Positions 40,633 through 52,077 of a stretch of DNA of 64,000 nucleotides are shown in pieces. This DNA comes from Polynucleobacter sp. (GTDB lineage Bacteria; Pseudomonadota; Gammaproteobacteria; Burkholderiales; Burkholderiaceae): the NCBI GenBank assembly GCA_044345755.1, contig JBIJAM010000001.1, positions 25,865-89,864 of the forward strand, written 5' to 3'. Position 1 is the stretch's first letter, and each line of letters opens with the position of its first letter. The notes beneath the pieces are model-generated. The model worked only from the letters and a program-made list of their open reading frames with translations. It was not told the DNA's origin and made no database searches. Both the position numbers and the translations under genes were made by a program.

Positions 40633-41262
40633 ATGTACTCGGTAAAGGAAATTTTCTACACATTGCAAGGCGAAGGCATGCATGCTGGTCGCCCTGCTGT
40701 CTTTTGCCGTTTTTCGGGATGCAACCTATGGAATGGACTAGAAAAGGATCGTGATCAGGCAGTTTGTAAATTTTGTGACACCGACTTTGTAGGCACCGAT
40801 GGGACTTTTGGGGGGAAATTTTCTACCGCGGAAGCCCTTGCTACTCAAATAAATGACTTATGGCCAGAGGGTCATGGTCATCGCTATGTTGTATTTACTG
40901 GCGGCGAACCACTCCTGCAACTAGATGCGGCCCTCATTGCAGAATTACATAAATACGACTTTACGATAGCCGTTGAAACCAATGGGACCATTCTGGCCCC
41001 TAAAGGCATTGACTGGCTTTGTGTTAGCCCAAAATCCCAGACCACATGGGTTCAAAAAACAGGAAACGAATTAAAACTAGTCTTTCCACAAGAAGATCTA
41101 AATCCCGAGAAGATAAAAACTCAAGGTTTTGACAATTACTTCTTGCAAGCAATGGATGGGCCAAACTTACAAAAGAATATCGCCGGCGCTATAGAATTCT
41201 GCCAAAAAAATCCCATATGGAAACTGTCTTTACAAACTCATAAGATCATCAACATTCGATAG
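40633..41262 (+). CDS. queE: 7-carboxy-7-deazaguanine synthase (radical SAM, CX14CX2C type)
   Basis: EIFYTLQGEG, C-x14-CKFCDT, TGGEP, ETNG, SPK and SLQTHK motifs. Confidence 0.96.
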   Translation: MYSVKEIFYTLQGEGMHAGRPAVFCRFSGCNLWNGLEKDRDQAVCKFCDTDFVGTDGTFGGKFSTAEALATQINDLWPEGHGHRYVVFTGGEPLLQLDAALIAELHKYDFTIAVETNGTILAPKGIDWLCVSPKSQTTWVQKTGNELKLVFPQEDLNPEKIKTQGFDNYFLQAMDGPNLQKNIAGAIEFCQKNPIWKLSLQTHKIINIR

Positions 41263-41473
41263 TCTTGATCTAAGTTATGAGGTTGCATCATATAACCAGA
41301 AGGTAAACATATTACTAGCTCATATCATGGGCTAGATCCATCAAATTTAAGCGGTTTTTTAGCGCTTAATTTCAAAAAAACGATATAAATTACAGTACTA
41401 TTAATAGATTAGGCTTTAGGCTAATTGGGGACACTTTTAGCCTATTTCGACCGTAACTATTGATAGGTATTTA

Positions 41474-44400
41474 ATGTTTTGTATTGCTAAAGGTTATGAA
41501 TCTAAGGGTGTGGGTAAAGTAATTAGCCTCGATCAAGAATCGTGCACGATTGAATATTTTGACACCCCAAATTCTAAAGATCGTGAAACATTAACCCGTC
41601 CAAAAAATACTGTTGCACGCAAAAGACTGGAACCAAATACCCGGATCTATTACTTCCATAATGTTTCTGAAGAATGGCTAGTTGGCCGAGTACTTCAGGA
41701 TAATGATGACGGGGTAGAAGTTAGATTCTCCGATAAGCAAGACTTATCACTTAATTACGAATCATTATTTGTTCGCTGCAAAAAGCCTATTGAAGACCCC
41801 GTAGATTTTTTAGCGAATGTAATCACTGAAACTCCGCAGTACACAGAATCTAGAAGATCTTTTCTGAATAGTTATATTCAACAAAGATCCGCAACCCATG
41901 GAATTTCCGCCCTTCTCTCCTCCTCTATTGAGATGGAAACACATCAAATCGATGTAATTAGGAAAATACTGAGTGATCCAATTCAGAAATACTTATTAGC
42001 CGATGAAGTTGGGCTTGGAAAAACAATCGAAGCAGGCGTCGTAATTAGACAAATTGCCCTTGATGACCCTAAATTACATAACATCATTGTTTTAACCCCG
42101 CCCTCATTAGTTGACCAATGGAAGTCAGAGTTAGAAACTAAATTTGCTTTACTAGATTTTATTGATATCTCTATACATGTCCTGCCCTATGATGATGAAA
42201 GCATTGGAAGTAAATTTATTGAGGATGTAGACCTACTCGTTATAGATGAGGCCCATCATCTTGCAGATAGTAATGACCCGATAGCTGCAAACGCCTATAA
42301 AGAAATTAGCTCTAATCTTAAAAATATTGAAAGAGTACTGCTTCTCTCTGCAACCCCCATCCTTAGAAATGAGCTCGGATTCTTGAGGATGCTTCATTTA
42401 ATTGATCCCGTTGTTTACGACACTAAAGATGTTGAAGCTTTTAAATTAAAAGTGGAGAACAGAAAGTCTCTTGCAGAAGCAGTCTCAAATTTAGATCCAC
42501 AGAATGTTCTATTTTTAGATCCAATACTTGATCAATTACTGATTGACTTGCCGAATGACGCACTACTTAAGGATCTAGTTTTAAGTCTACAAAAAGTTTT
42601 AGTGGGGCTTCCTGATGAGGAAGATCCAGAGGTTATTGAAGCAATAAGAAAGGTTAAGACGCATCTCTCCGAGACTTATAAGCTCAATAGAAGAATCCTT
42701 AGAAATAGAAGAAAGAAGATTACGGGCTTAACACCTACCCGCAATGGCGTAGAGACAATTAATATTCCAGACCAATCTATTGCGCAATTAGAGCAAATAT
42801 TAGAAAACTGGAGAATCGAAGCAAACTATTCCAGCAATAATATTTCTAATGAATTGGTATCCGAAGAACTCTCCACTTTCTACTGGTCAATTATTCGCTG
42901 CTTATTTTCTGATCATGAAAATCTGCAGCCAATAATAGATGATCGCCTTAAATCCATTCAAACAAATCAGATTAATGGCCTTGAAAATGAAGCCAAGTTA
43001 CTTGGTCAAATGAAGACGGCGTTTAATTACGAAGATTGGATTGATGAGAAGATTGAGTCATTAAAGAAGTCTTTACTGGCTATTCTTGATAAGAAGCAAA
43101 AGATTATTATTTTTACATCCTCAAGTGATGAAGCAGATCTCATTTATGAGAATTTAAGAGGCACTTTTCTTACTGCCGTTGTAAGACATCAAATTTTTGA
43201 TGAAAATGTCACGCCAGATCCCAATAACGATTGGCGTAAATTTAATTCAGAGCCAAATACTAAAATTATTATTTGCGATAGGCGCGCAGAAGAAGGCATG
43301 AATCTGCAAGGCGGTAAGAAGACTATCATTCACTTTGATCTACCTCTAGCCCCAAATAGATTAGAGCAAAGAATGGGTCGTGTTGACCGCTATGGTTCAG
43401 GTGATCCAATTCAGACATTTACCCTCCTAGATGCGGACTCTCAATTTCAAGATCTTTATGTAAAAGTTTTGAAGGATTCCTTTGGAATATTTAACCAATC
43501 TGTTTCAACCCTTCAATATCTTATTGAAGATAAATTTTCAAAGCTCAAAGATGAATTGTTTCTTGGCGGTCTTGAGGCACTCGATACACTTCAAAAAACT
43601 TTAGAAGGACCGAATGGCGAAGTCGCAAAAGAACTAAAGTCTATTGATCGGCAGGATACATTGGATGAGTTAACGCCACTTTCAGAGGAAGCGCTAGATG
43701 ATTTAATCGATGCCGACGATGACTGGAGAGCTATTAAAGAATCCTTTAACTACTGGGCTTGCGACACTCTTCTTTTCAGTCAAATTCCCGACAGAGCTCC
43801 AGCAAATATTCCGGGCGCCCCTGCACCCATGGATCCAGCATTTAGGTATCTATACAAGATACCGGGCACCGGGGGCCAGGCCACACTAATACCCCTATCC
43901 GGCTTCTTGAATGATTTCATTGGCGTTTTAGACTATGACGATAGAAGATCAACGTCCAAAACCCCCCTGTCACATAGCCATGTAGCTCGCAGACAATCAG
44001 CTGTGAAAGAAAGCGTTCGACCCTTGAGATACGGCGATAGCTTTGTAGAGGCCCTAAAAGCATTTTCAGATCTTGATGATAGAGGTCGTAGTGCAGCAAT
44101 GTGGCGACAGTTCTTAACACCCATTCCAAAAGATATTCTAGGGATGTACTTCAGGTTTGATTTTTTAGTAGAGACTAACATTAAGGAGGCTGTTGAATTC
44201 TTAGTCTCCTCCGGAATTACTAAGCCAAATTCCGCAAAGTCCTCATTGTTGCGACGTTCTGATGGCTTATTTCCACCGATTGTTATACCCGTATGGATTA
44301 ATGAGGAGGGAGATCTTGTTCAGAACGACATTATTTCCGAGTACCTTAACCCGCCCTACGATAAAGACGGAATTAATGAAGCCTATAAGGATACAAACCT

Positions 44401-44758
44401 TAAATCCCTTCGTTTTAGGTCTTTGATGCAAAAAATGCCTAATGAGTTTGATAACTGGAATGCGCGTTGTTTTAGGATGAGGGAATTTGCCCTAGGGCAC
44501 ATTAAAAATAATGAATCGCTAAACAACTCTATTAGGACTGCTATTGCGACCGCAAAAGTAGATGATGAACTTCGAGAAACTCAATTGATGACCAGGATCC
44601 AATTGCTTGAGGGAATTGAAGCGGAATCAGAAGAAAAACAATTGGCAATTGAAAAGGCTTTATCAAATCTTATTTATACAGGGATTCAACACCCAAGCAT
44701 CAAAATTGATGCGACTGGGATGACCCTTTTAACCAATCAAATTTTTCCTGACGAATGA
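41474..44758 (+). CDS. dpdE: DpdE, SNF2/RapA-like helicase
   Basis: LLADEVGLGKT, DEAHH, LLSATP and EQRMGRVDR motifs; operon context. Confidence 0.87.
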   Translation: MFCIAKGYESKGVGKVISLDQESCTIEYFDTPNSKDRETLTRPKNTVARKRLEPNTRIYYFHNVSEEWLVGRVLQDNDDGVEVRFSDKQDLSLNYESLFVRCKKPIEDPVDFLANVITETPQYTESRRSFLNSYIQQRSATHGISALLSSSIEMETHQIDVIRKILSDPIQKYLLADEVGLGKTIEAGVVIRQIALDDPKLHNIIVLTPPSLVDQWKSELETKFALLDFIDISIHVLPYDDESIGSKFIEDVDLLVIDEAHHLADSNDPIAANAYKEISSNLKNIERVLLLSATPILRNELGFLRMLHLIDPVVYDTKDVEAFKLKVENRKSLAEAVSNLDPQNVLFLDPILDQLLIDLPNDALLKDLVLSLQKVLVGLPDEEDPEVIEAIRKVKTHLSETYKLNRRILRNRRKKITGLTPTRNGVETINIPDQSIAQLEQILENWRIEANYSSNNISNELVSEELSTFYWSIIRCLFSDHENLQPIIDDRLKSIQTNQINGLENEAKLLGQMKTAFNYEDWIDEKIESLKKSLLAILDKKQKIIIFTSSSDEADLIYENLRGTFLTAVVRHQIFDENVTPDPNNDWRKFNSEPNTKIIICDRRAEEGMNLQGGKKTIIHFDLPLAPNRLEQRMGRVDRYGSGDPIQTFTLLDADSQFQDLYVKVLKDSFGIFNQSVSTLQYLIEDKFSKLKDELFLGGLEALDTLQKTLEGPNGEVAKELKSIDRQDTLDELTPLSEEALDDLIDADDDWRAIKESFNYWACDTLLFSQIPDRAPANIPGAPAPMDPAFRYLYKIPGTGGQATLIPLSGFLNDFIGVLDYDDRRSTSKTPLSHSHVARRQSAVKESVRPLRYGDSFVEALKAFSDLDDRGRSAAMWRQFLTPIPKDILGMYFRFDFLVETNIKEAVEFLVSSGITKPNSAKSSLLRRSDGLFPPIVIPVWINEEGDLVQNDIISEYLNPPYDKDGINEAYKDTNLKSLRFRSLMQKMPNEFDNWNARCFRMREFALGHIKNNESLNNSIRTAIATAKVDDELRETQLMTRIQLLEGIEAESEEKQLAIEKALSNLIYTGIQHPSIKIDATGMTLLTNQIFPDE

Positions 44759-47325
44759 AGTTTGACTTTTATACGCTCCAGGAAATTCTGAATAACTGGA
44801 GTTCAGCTGAAATCCCTGCCGAGTCGACAAAGATTGACTCCGTACTTGAGCGACTTCGACAGATCCTTTCTAGATTTAAGGAAAATGGCACTCTATATAA
44901 AAGCGATCTAATTCCCTTAATTAGGCAGGTGTTATTGCTGCAATCCAATAATTCTGGCCAAGAAATTCGACTGTTGATTTCAGGAGAGGGTCCATGGCCA
45001 TCAATTACAGAATGGAATAATGGCGGAATAACCGCCATCCAAAATGAAAGTGGTGGGCTCTTATTAAGCGCAAATAATTGGCACCCAGATTGGTTAGATC
45101 CGAGTCAGAAAGGCGTCTTTGCCGATGCATTCACCGATAAAGTAGTTAGAACAGACGGCAGATGTGAAATCGATCCATTCGTAGCTAATGCTACAGGGAA
45201 CCAACATTACCTCAGCCCTGGACAGAGAGAGTCAGTTAGAGGCGCCTTCCTTATTCCTGAAGGCGAAACCTTAATTGTCAATTTGCCCACCGGGTCAGGA
45301 AAAAGTCTGGTCGGGCAAGTTCCATCGATTGTTAACGATCGAAGCGGATTTTTGACTGTCTTTGTTGTTCCTACAGTAGCTTTGGCAATTGACCAAGAAC
45401 GTCAAATGAAGTTGTATTTTGAAGCGTCGAAGAAATTTACAAAACTTTGGCCTTTGGCATGGCATGGTGGCACCTCTGATAGCGATAAAGCACAAATACG
45501 TGATCGCCTAAACCAAGGGACACAAAAGATACTATTTGTATCCCCGGAAGCGCTAACAAAATCTCTCTTAAAAGTTATATATAAGATTGCTTTAGAGGGG
45601 ATGCTCAATTATTTAGTAATTGATGAGGCACATCTAACAGTTCAGTGGGGCGATGAGTTTAGACCCGAGTTTCAGGTTATTGCAGGATTAAGACATAGCC
45701 TTCTCCGAAAACTGAAAAGTGAAAATAGACCCCTATTTCGCACCCTACTCCTAAGCGCTACATATACAAAAGAAACCATCGAGACACTAGCCAATCTTTT
45801 TGGCCCTCCGGACAAAGTCCAAATGATTTCTGCTGTTCATCTTAGGCCTGAGCCTCAGTACTGGTTTTCCCATGCAGGTAGTTTTTCCGAGAAGGAAAGT
45901 CAAGTTCTCGAGGCACTTAGGTATGCTCCAAGACCATTTATCTTGTACGTAACCAAGCAACAGGATTGCGTTAAATGGGAAAAGATTCTTAAAAGCAATG
46001 GTTACAAAAGAATTACGCGATTTGATGGAAAAACAAGTGATACGGATCGAAAACGCATTATTGATGAATGGATTGAAAATAAGCTTGATGGCGTTGTAGC
46101 AACGTCAGCATTTGGCGTAGGCATTGATAAAGGTGATGTAAGAACCGTTATACATGCCACCATTCCCGAGACTTTGGATAGGTACTACCAAGAAGTGGGT
46201 CGAGGCGGCAGAGATGGAAAACCTTCGGTAAGCCTAGTTATATATGAGGACAGTGACTGGGATATATGCCGCAAAATGGCTAATCCAACACTTATATCTA
46301 ATGAGCTTGGTATTAAACGATGGGAATCGTTATATAAAAGCAGAAAAGCAGTTGTTGATGATCCTTCACTATTTGAACTTGATCTAGGCGTTGTTCGGCA
46401 AGGTCGAACTGAAAGCAATAATGAAGATATAAAGTGGAACATCAGAACTCTATTGCTAATGTCGCGAGCTGGTTTCATTGAATTGAATATTGCCCCACTT
46501 CAGGATAATAATTTCCAAGAGAGGGATCCTTCTGAAGACTACCCTCTTCACTCCCTAACATCCCTAAGAGTCAGGATTCTTCGAGATGACCACTTATCTC
46601 CAGACTCTTGGGAAAATGTCATTTCAGCCTCTAGAAAGCGTACCCTAGATTCAGGAGGAAATAACCTAAGACTAATGGAACTAATCCTGAAAGGTGGATC
46701 TGAGGTATCTGATGTTCTGTCCCACTTATATTCAAATAACTCAAGCAAATGGCCGGTGGTAGTAACAAAAATATGTGGGGGTTGTCCAAGCGACCGAAAC
46801 GACTACTCATCACCGGAGAAATATCATATGCCTGTAGCCAAACCTATTGGCAATGCAATTCCGGTTGATCTTTCAAGCTTGAAAAATGAATTTCCTCAAT
46901 ACAATCCCGAGCTTATCAATATTTTCTATGACCCATTAAAAAATAATGATTCTCAGTTAATTAAAGTAATTAGCTGGATTGTTAATGAATTCGATATTAA
47001 AGAAATTGGCATTGATCAAACAAAAGGAATAAGTAAATTAGAGGATTTTAGAAATTTGTATCAAAGGAGTAAGTCTAAAGCCCTCATAACTAGGGAGTTA
47101 TCTGATTTCCATGATGAACCTTACACCCCACTTGGCAGAATATCCATTCTTGGAAAAGACTCTCAACCAAGCCTTTTAAATGAAGTTATGAAACTTAATA
47201 GGCCAATTCATATATTAATATTACCCTCAGATATGATGGATCCCAATCATCACAGCAGAAAATATATTGATACTGCAATAAATGAATTAAATCTAGATCA
47301 ATTGATTGGATTAATAAATAAATGA
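44755..47325 (+). CDS. dpdF: DpdF, RecQ-like helicase
   Basis: LPTGSGKS, DEAH...WG..FRPE, ATSAFGVGIDK and YYQEVGRGGRDG motifs. Confidence 0.87.
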   Translation: MKFDFYTLQEILNNWSSAEIPAESTKIDSVLERLRQILSRFKENGTLYKSDLIPLIRQVLLLQSNNSGQEIRLLISGEGPWPSITEWNNGGITAIQNESGGLLLSANNWHPDWLDPSQKGVFADAFTDKVVRTDGRCEIDPFVANATGNQHYLSPGQRESVRGAFLIPEGETLIVNLPTGSGKSLVGQVPSIVNDRSGFLTVFVVPTVALAIDQERQMKLYFEASKKFTKLWPLAWHGGTSDSDKAQIRDRLNQGTQKILFVSPEALTKSLLKVIYKIALEGMLNYLVIDEAHLTVQWGDEFRPEFQVIAGLRHSLLRKLKSENRPLFRTLLLSATYTKETIETLANLFGPPDKVQMISAVHLRPEPQYWFSHAGSFSEKESQVLEALRYAPRPFILYVTKQQDCVKWEKILKSNGYKRITRFDGKTSDTDRKRIIDEWIENKLDGVVATSAFGVGIDKGDVRTVIHATIPETLDRYYQEVGRGGRDGKPSVSLVIYEDSDWDICRKMANPTLISNELGIKRWESLYKSRKAVVDDPSLFELDLGVVRQGRTESNNEDIKWNIRTLLLMSRAGFIELNIAPLQDNNFQERDPSEDYPLHSLTSLRVRILRDDHLSPDSWENVISASRKRTLDSGGNNLRLMELILKGGSEVSDVLSHLYSNNSSKWPVVVTKICGGCPSDRNDYSSPEKYHMPVAKPIGNAIPVDLSSLKNEFPQYNPELINIFYDPLKNNDSQLIKVISWIVNEFDIKEIGIDQTKGISKLEDFRNLYQRSKSKALITRELSDFHDEPYTPLGRISILGKDSQPSLLNEVMKLNRPIHILILPSDMMDPNHHSRKYIDTAINELNLDQLIGLINK

Positions 47326-48230
47326 CGTTACTTAACAATACCAATGATGGCCTTCATCCCGAATTAATAGTTCTATTTAGGACGATTGCTTTTTTTAAAT
47401 CCATTCCATATGAAGACCTTGTAAATTTGTGCCTTCCAAAGATCATGGGAGAGAATGACGAATCAACAAAAACTCGTATGCGAGGCTCATTGAATAACTG
47501 GATAAAACTTGGTTTATTTAAGCGAAATGGTGACAACGTAGAATTAATTGATCTATTTGAAAGAATAAAAAAATCTGATATTGATGCACATACAAACGAA
47601 TTACCACATATAGCAATGGAATTTGTTTGTCTCCCTAAAAATGCAACCCCAATAATGGATAACACCAGCAACCAAGGTGTATCAGGAGACTTTATTCTTG
47701 GCGCATCCTGGGTCCTTGCTCAAGACATATATAACTTTCCAACTGCATGGGGAGAGGTTGAGTCACTAGTAAATGAACAATCTACTGGATCAACCAGACC
47801 AATACAAAGTGACTTTAGATGGGGAAATTTAAGGTTTTGGATGCGCTATTTTGGTCTAGCCACAGGAGAAAGCTCATCCTTCAAAATTGACCCCACTTTA
47901 GCCATTAAACATCGGCTGAAGTCAATATTTGGAAATAGTAAGGAGTTACCGGCCAAGGACTTTTTGGTATCACTCTCTGAAAAATTGCCAGTCCTAGATT
48001 TTGGCGTATACAGGAATGAGGTTGAAAAAAATCTTAACGATAGTGTATGGAGAAAATTAAATCCAAATGAACTATCTCAATCCCTCTCGTTCGCACTAAA
48101 ACGTCTGGAACTAAATGGAAATATTCAACTACGCGGAAAATCAGACACTGGAAGTAGTTATAGGCTAATAGGCAGAGACCATCGTCAATGGACGGGATTC
48201 GAAACTGTTGTGTGGGATAAAAAATTATGA
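47322..48230 (+). CDS. dpdG: DpdG
   Basis: Position between dpdF and dpdH; 302 aa; LPVLD.G.YR and LS.SLSFAL.RL motifs. Confidence 0.75.
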   Translation: MTLLNNTNDGLHPELIVLFRTIAFFKSIPYEDLVNLCLPKIMGENDESTKTRMRGSLNNWIKLGLFKRNGDNVELIDLFERIKKSDIDAHTNELPHIAMEFVCLPKNATPIMDNTSNQGVSGDFILGASWVLAQDIYNFPTAWGEVESLVNEQSTGSTRPIQSDFRWGNLRFWMRYFGLATGESSSFKIDPTLAIKHRLKSIFGNSKELPAKDFLVSLSEKLPVLDFGVYRNEVEKNLNDSVWRKLNPNELSQSLSFALKRLELNGNIQLRGKSDTGSSYRLIGRDHRQWTGFETVVWDKKL

Positions 48231-51200
48231 ACATTGATAAATACTGGCCATCAACGGAAGAAATTAATAATTGCATCAAAGACCAGGCTGAAAATTCTTC
48301 AGATGCAGTTCTACTTGCTGTACACCAGCAATTTCCACTTGCCTATTCCACTGTTGGCCCAGACGGCAATGTAATGCCTGAAAGTAAGAAATCAGCCTCA
48401 GAAGATGATTTTTTAAGATATTTTCTTAGTGATGCGCCATCTGGATCGCATGTAGTTCCTATTACAGGCCAATCAGGTGTTGGCAAGTCTCATTTAGTTC
48501 GAATACTTGATGCCAGAATCAAGCGCTTAAAAAATGCTGATAAGTACCTAGTAATCCGGATACCAAAAAGTGCAAGCCTTAGAAAAGTAGTTGATCTAAT
48601 TTTGAGTGCAGAACCACTCCAGGATAAAAAATATAACTCAGTTAAAGCTGAGTTTTCAAAAGCAATGGCCGATATTCGCATTGAGGATGCGGTTATAACT
48701 TTTCAAGGACAGCTAGAAATTGCATTGAATGAATACAGCAGCACTCAAAAAGAGGCGTTCAAACAAAGCCCAACAGATGGGGTAATTAAAAGAAAGATTG
48801 CTCACGCTGAATCACTGCCTCTTTTGATGTCAGATGCTGAAATTGTTCAGCATTTTCGACTAAATGTCCTACCAAGAATTATCCAAAGATCAGTAAATGG
48901 CGGTGATTTAAGCAAGGATGATGTTGATTTTGACCCCAACTCAATAAAATTTAGGGTGGAAGATTTCGACTTTGAGGGCCTAGATATCGCTAGTGCTGGC
49001 CAAAGAGTTGCAAAATACTACCAACTAAATTTTTTAGGTGAATCTACCCGCGAGAGGGACCTAGCAGTTGAAGTATTAAATGATGTTGTAGACCAGGCAA
49101 CGAATCAACTATATAAACTTAACCAATCATTAGGAGGCATGACTCTTGGTGAGGTCATTCTTGAAATTAGACGCCTACTCCTTAAGGATGGACGAGAATT
49201 AGTATTGTTAGTCGAGGATTTTGCTGCCCTAGTTGGCATTCAAGAAACTTTGGCAAAAGTACTTATACAAGAGGGCGCAACAAGTAAGGGCACCGAGTTT
49301 GCAACAATTAGATCTGCAATTGCTGTAACGGATGGTTACCTTGGCGGCAAGAACACTTTAGCAACTCGTGCCGGTCAGGAATGGGTAGTGGAAAGTAGGC
49401 TTGAGTCAGAAGACGAAACTTTGGCAAGAACTAAGAAATTAGTAGCGTCTTATTTAAATGCTGCACGGATTGGGGAGAAAGGTTTAAAGGATTACTACAA
49501 TAGCCTTCTTAAAAAAGACAACCATGCTAGCTTTAATACCCCAATTTTTAATGAGGATATTGGAGAGTTAATATCCTCAATTCAAGCCTTTGGCTTGATC
49601 GATCAAATTCCCCTATTTCCATTTACTGATAATGCTATTGAATTCCTCGCGCGGCAATCATCTGGCCTTCGCTCTGGAAACGCTTTAATTTTTAATCCTC
49701 GCTACATTATTAAAAATATTATTCGCCTAGTTTTAGAGCGGAGAAGTTCCTTTATTGAAGGTCAGTTCCCACCCCCAGGCATGATCTCAAGAAAACCATC
49801 TGCTGATGTTCAGAATTGGATCTCTAGCCTCGATGCAGCACCAGATTTAAAAGGGCGTTATGAACGCCTTGTTACGGTATGGGGTAATGACCCAAAAAAC
49901 AGAAGTGAAATACCAGGAAATATTAAAAGCGAAATTTTTAATGTATTTTCTTTAAAAACACCAGAATTTAGTAACCTCCCATCACCAAGCGTTGAGCCAA
50001 AAAAGCCTGGCACTGAAGCAAAGCAGCCTGTAATCGCCCCAGTTGTTGATTCAAAGCTAGAGGCAAAGATTCATGATTATGAAAAAACACTTGAACAATG
50101 GATTGTGGATCGGACAAGGCTCGAGCAAGGTATATCAAACACAATAAGACAAAAAATCTCCTCTCTTTTAGTAAAAAATATCGATTGGAATGCTGAAAGA
50201 ACGTTAGAAGTTGAAATTAAATATCAACAAATATCAATTCATAATGCTGCAGGAGGGTTGAATGCTGCTAGCAAAGATTTATTAATAGAGCTAGTCACAG
50301 ACCCAACCGATTCAGACGGCAGACTACGAGTTGAGCTACTTGCCCTATTGCGAAGTCATGAATTTACTAAATTAGGAATTGAAAATTATCCTAATAATGA
50401 GGAAGATTTAGCAAGGATAGCCAACTTAATTGATCGATTAATGCCACAAGCAATAGAGATAGCAAGAGCTATAAACAGAAAACATACAAACTCAGTAATA
50501 CAGGCACTAAATCTAAATGGAAGGGCTTTGGGATTCATTGAAAATAACCCATCACCCACATATATTGACCAAACCTTATTTGCAAATGTTGAGTTGAAGG
50601 ACCTTCTTCCAACTTACGCATCTGAAAAATTTGGTGAGTGGGTATCGTTTAAGGAAAAGGTACTCAGCATCAGGCCAATCTTACAAAGATTACTTCTTGA
50701 CGGAAATGGTTGCTTCCAGGGGACGGGAAAGAAATGCTACGGCATCGATATAGTCAAAATACTTACCGACTATCCTACAGAGCCAGTAGAAGATATGTAC
50801 AAAGATTTGCTTGGGTTGGATGCGGATACTAAAACAGTATTGCAGAGCCTAACAAATGCAAGGGTTGAAGCAAGAATAAAAGGCGTTGCAATTGATGCTC
50901 AAAAGATAGCGGACAGCATAGAATCTGAATTTGGTGATACCTTTGATAAAAATGAAATTGCTGAAACATTAAGAAGAATTGCAAATAATCTTAAAGAAAT
51001 GGGTAGATTTAATGCCCCAAGCTTAGGTTTTACATTTAACGAATTCTCTTCTATTTGCGATGAATTTAGAGACTCCACTCTAAAAGAATCATTGCTAACT
51101 TTTACAAAATTCAAAAGTGATGAGTTGAGTGGAGAAAAGAAGATTTCTAATTTTGGAAGACTTCAGTTGGCTCCACTTTCAATTTGCGAGAGATTTATAT

Positions 51201-51370
51201 CCCACTCTTTAAAGTTAATTTCCGCTGTTGAAAATGAAGTAAAGATTCTGGAGCAGCAATATAAGGGGCTAAATAAGGCTGAAAAGATTGATGCTATTAA
51301 TACTGCTTTTAAAGAGTTAGATAAAAACCTTAAAGCCATTGAAAAGGATACGGCCCATGGAAATGCTTAA
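48227..51370 (+). CDS. dpdH: DpdH, P-loop ATPase
   Basis: LLAVHQ, Walker A GQSGVGKS, Walker B LVLLVEDF and FNPR motifs. Confidence 0.82.
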   Translation: MNIDKYWPSTEEINNCIKDQAENSSDAVLLAVHQQFPLAYSTVGPDGNVMPESKKSASEDDFLRYFLSDAPSGSHVVPITGQSGVGKSHLVRILDARIKRLKNADKYLVIRIPKSASLRKVVDLILSAEPLQDKKYNSVKAEFSKAMADIRIEDAVITFQGQLEIALNEYSSTQKEAFKQSPTDGVIKRKIAHAESLPLLMSDAEIVQHFRLNVLPRIIQRSVNGGDLSKDDVDFDPNSIKFRVEDFDFEGLDIASAGQRVAKYYQLNFLGESTRERDLAVEVLNDVVDQATNQLYKLNQSLGGMTLGEVILEIRRLLLKDGRELVLLVEDFAALVGIQETLAKVLIQEGATSKGTEFATIRSAIAVTDGYLGGKNTLATRAGQEWVVESRLESEDETLARTKKLVASYLNAARIGEKGLKDYYNSLLKKDNHASFNTPIFNEDIGELISSIQAFGLIDQIPLFPFTDNAIEFLARQSSGLRSGNALIFNPRYIIKNIIRLVLERRSSFIEGQFPPPGMISRKPSADVQNWISSLDAAPDLKGRYERLVTVWGNDPKNRSEIPGNIKSEIFNVFSLKTPEFSNLPSPSVEPKKPGTEAKQPVIAPVVDSKLEAKIHDYEKTLEQWIVDRTRLEQGISNTIRQKISSLLVKNIDWNAERTLEVEIKYQQISIHNAAGGLNAASKDLLIELVTDPTDSDGRLRVELLALLRSHEFTKLGIENYPNNEEDLARIANLIDRLMPQAIEIARAINRKHTNSVIQALNLNGRALGFIENNPSPTYIDQTLFANVELKDLLPTYASEKFGEWVSFKEKVLSIRPILQRLLLDGNGCFQGTGKKCYGIDIVKILTDYPTEPVEDMYKDLLGLDADTKTVLQSLTNARVEARIKGVAIDAQKIADSIESEFGDTFDKNEIAETLRRIANNLKEMGRFNAPSLGFTFNEFSSICDEFRDSTLKESLLTFTKFKSDELSGEKKISNFGRLQLAPLSICERFISHSLKLISAVENEVKILEQQYKGLNKAEKIDAINTAFKELDKNLKAIEKDTAHGNA

Positions 51371-52070
51371 GCGCGCTACGGATGCGGAAAATAAATTTAA
51401 ACATCTAATAGACGCATCCGTTGATGCAGTTGAAATAAGTCAACTAGATCAATTGCGCCAATATTTAGAGCTATTAAGTTCTGAGGCAGCGAGTACCGCC
51501 AAGAAATCAAAAGCGCTATCCGAAAATAAAGTTCCATTAACCCCTTTAACCAACTTAAAGGATGTGCAAGATGCAACAGAAAAGCTTGCAAATAAATTTA
51601 AGGAAGAACCTAAATCCGCCTCAGTCTTTGAAGGAAAAAAGTGGTCAAGTTATAACGAAAAAACTACCCTAGCACTTAAAAATGCAGTCACATCGGTAGA
51701 GTCTGATTGGACTAAATATTTTAAGGCTCTCTTCGGAGGTATGACTCCTGAACAAAGAAAATCTAGATTGATCCTTAAAATTCCTGAAAATAAAATTGCT
51801 ATAGACAAGTACACCAAAGTTTTTACTGAATTTAATCTGCATAATAATCAAATTCCAGATTCGCCTGAGATTTTTCAAAAGATTCATAGTCTAGTTAAAG
51901 AACTATCGGAAATCTCCATGACATTTAAGGAGGATGTTCCTGAGGATGTAAAGAAATTTTTCGATCAAACCACTTTTGGAGCAAGCCTTGATTATCTAAC
52001 AGAGGATGTAATGGTATGGTTACGTGAAAACGATATGTTGTCTAGTTTTATAGTCAAAGCAAAAAGTTAA
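51357..52070 (+). CDS. dpdI: DpdI-position helical protein
   Basis: Lies between dpdH and dpdJ; ATG 51357 with AAGGA SD; C-terminal P.DVK.F...GASL..LT..V..WL. Confidence 0.7.
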   Translation: MEMLKRATDAENKFKHLIDASVDAVEISQLDQLRQYLELLSSEAASTAKKSKALSENKVPLTPLTNLKDVQDATEKLANKFKEEPKSASVFEGKKWSSYNEKTTLALKNAVTSVESDWTKYFKALFGGMTPEQRKSRLILKIPENKIAIDKYTKVFTEFNLHNNQIPDSPEIFQKIHSLVKELSEISMTFKEDVPEDVKKFFDQTTFGASLDYLTEDVMVWLRENDMLSSFIVKAKS

Positions 52071-52077
52071 TAGCCTG

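Noticed and set aside
37532-41262. Housekeeping tRNA queuosine pathway (tgt/queC/queE)
   Set aside because: The TGT-like protein has DCG instead of the DSGG motif and sits among DNA-processing genes in an AT-rich island; no queA or queF.
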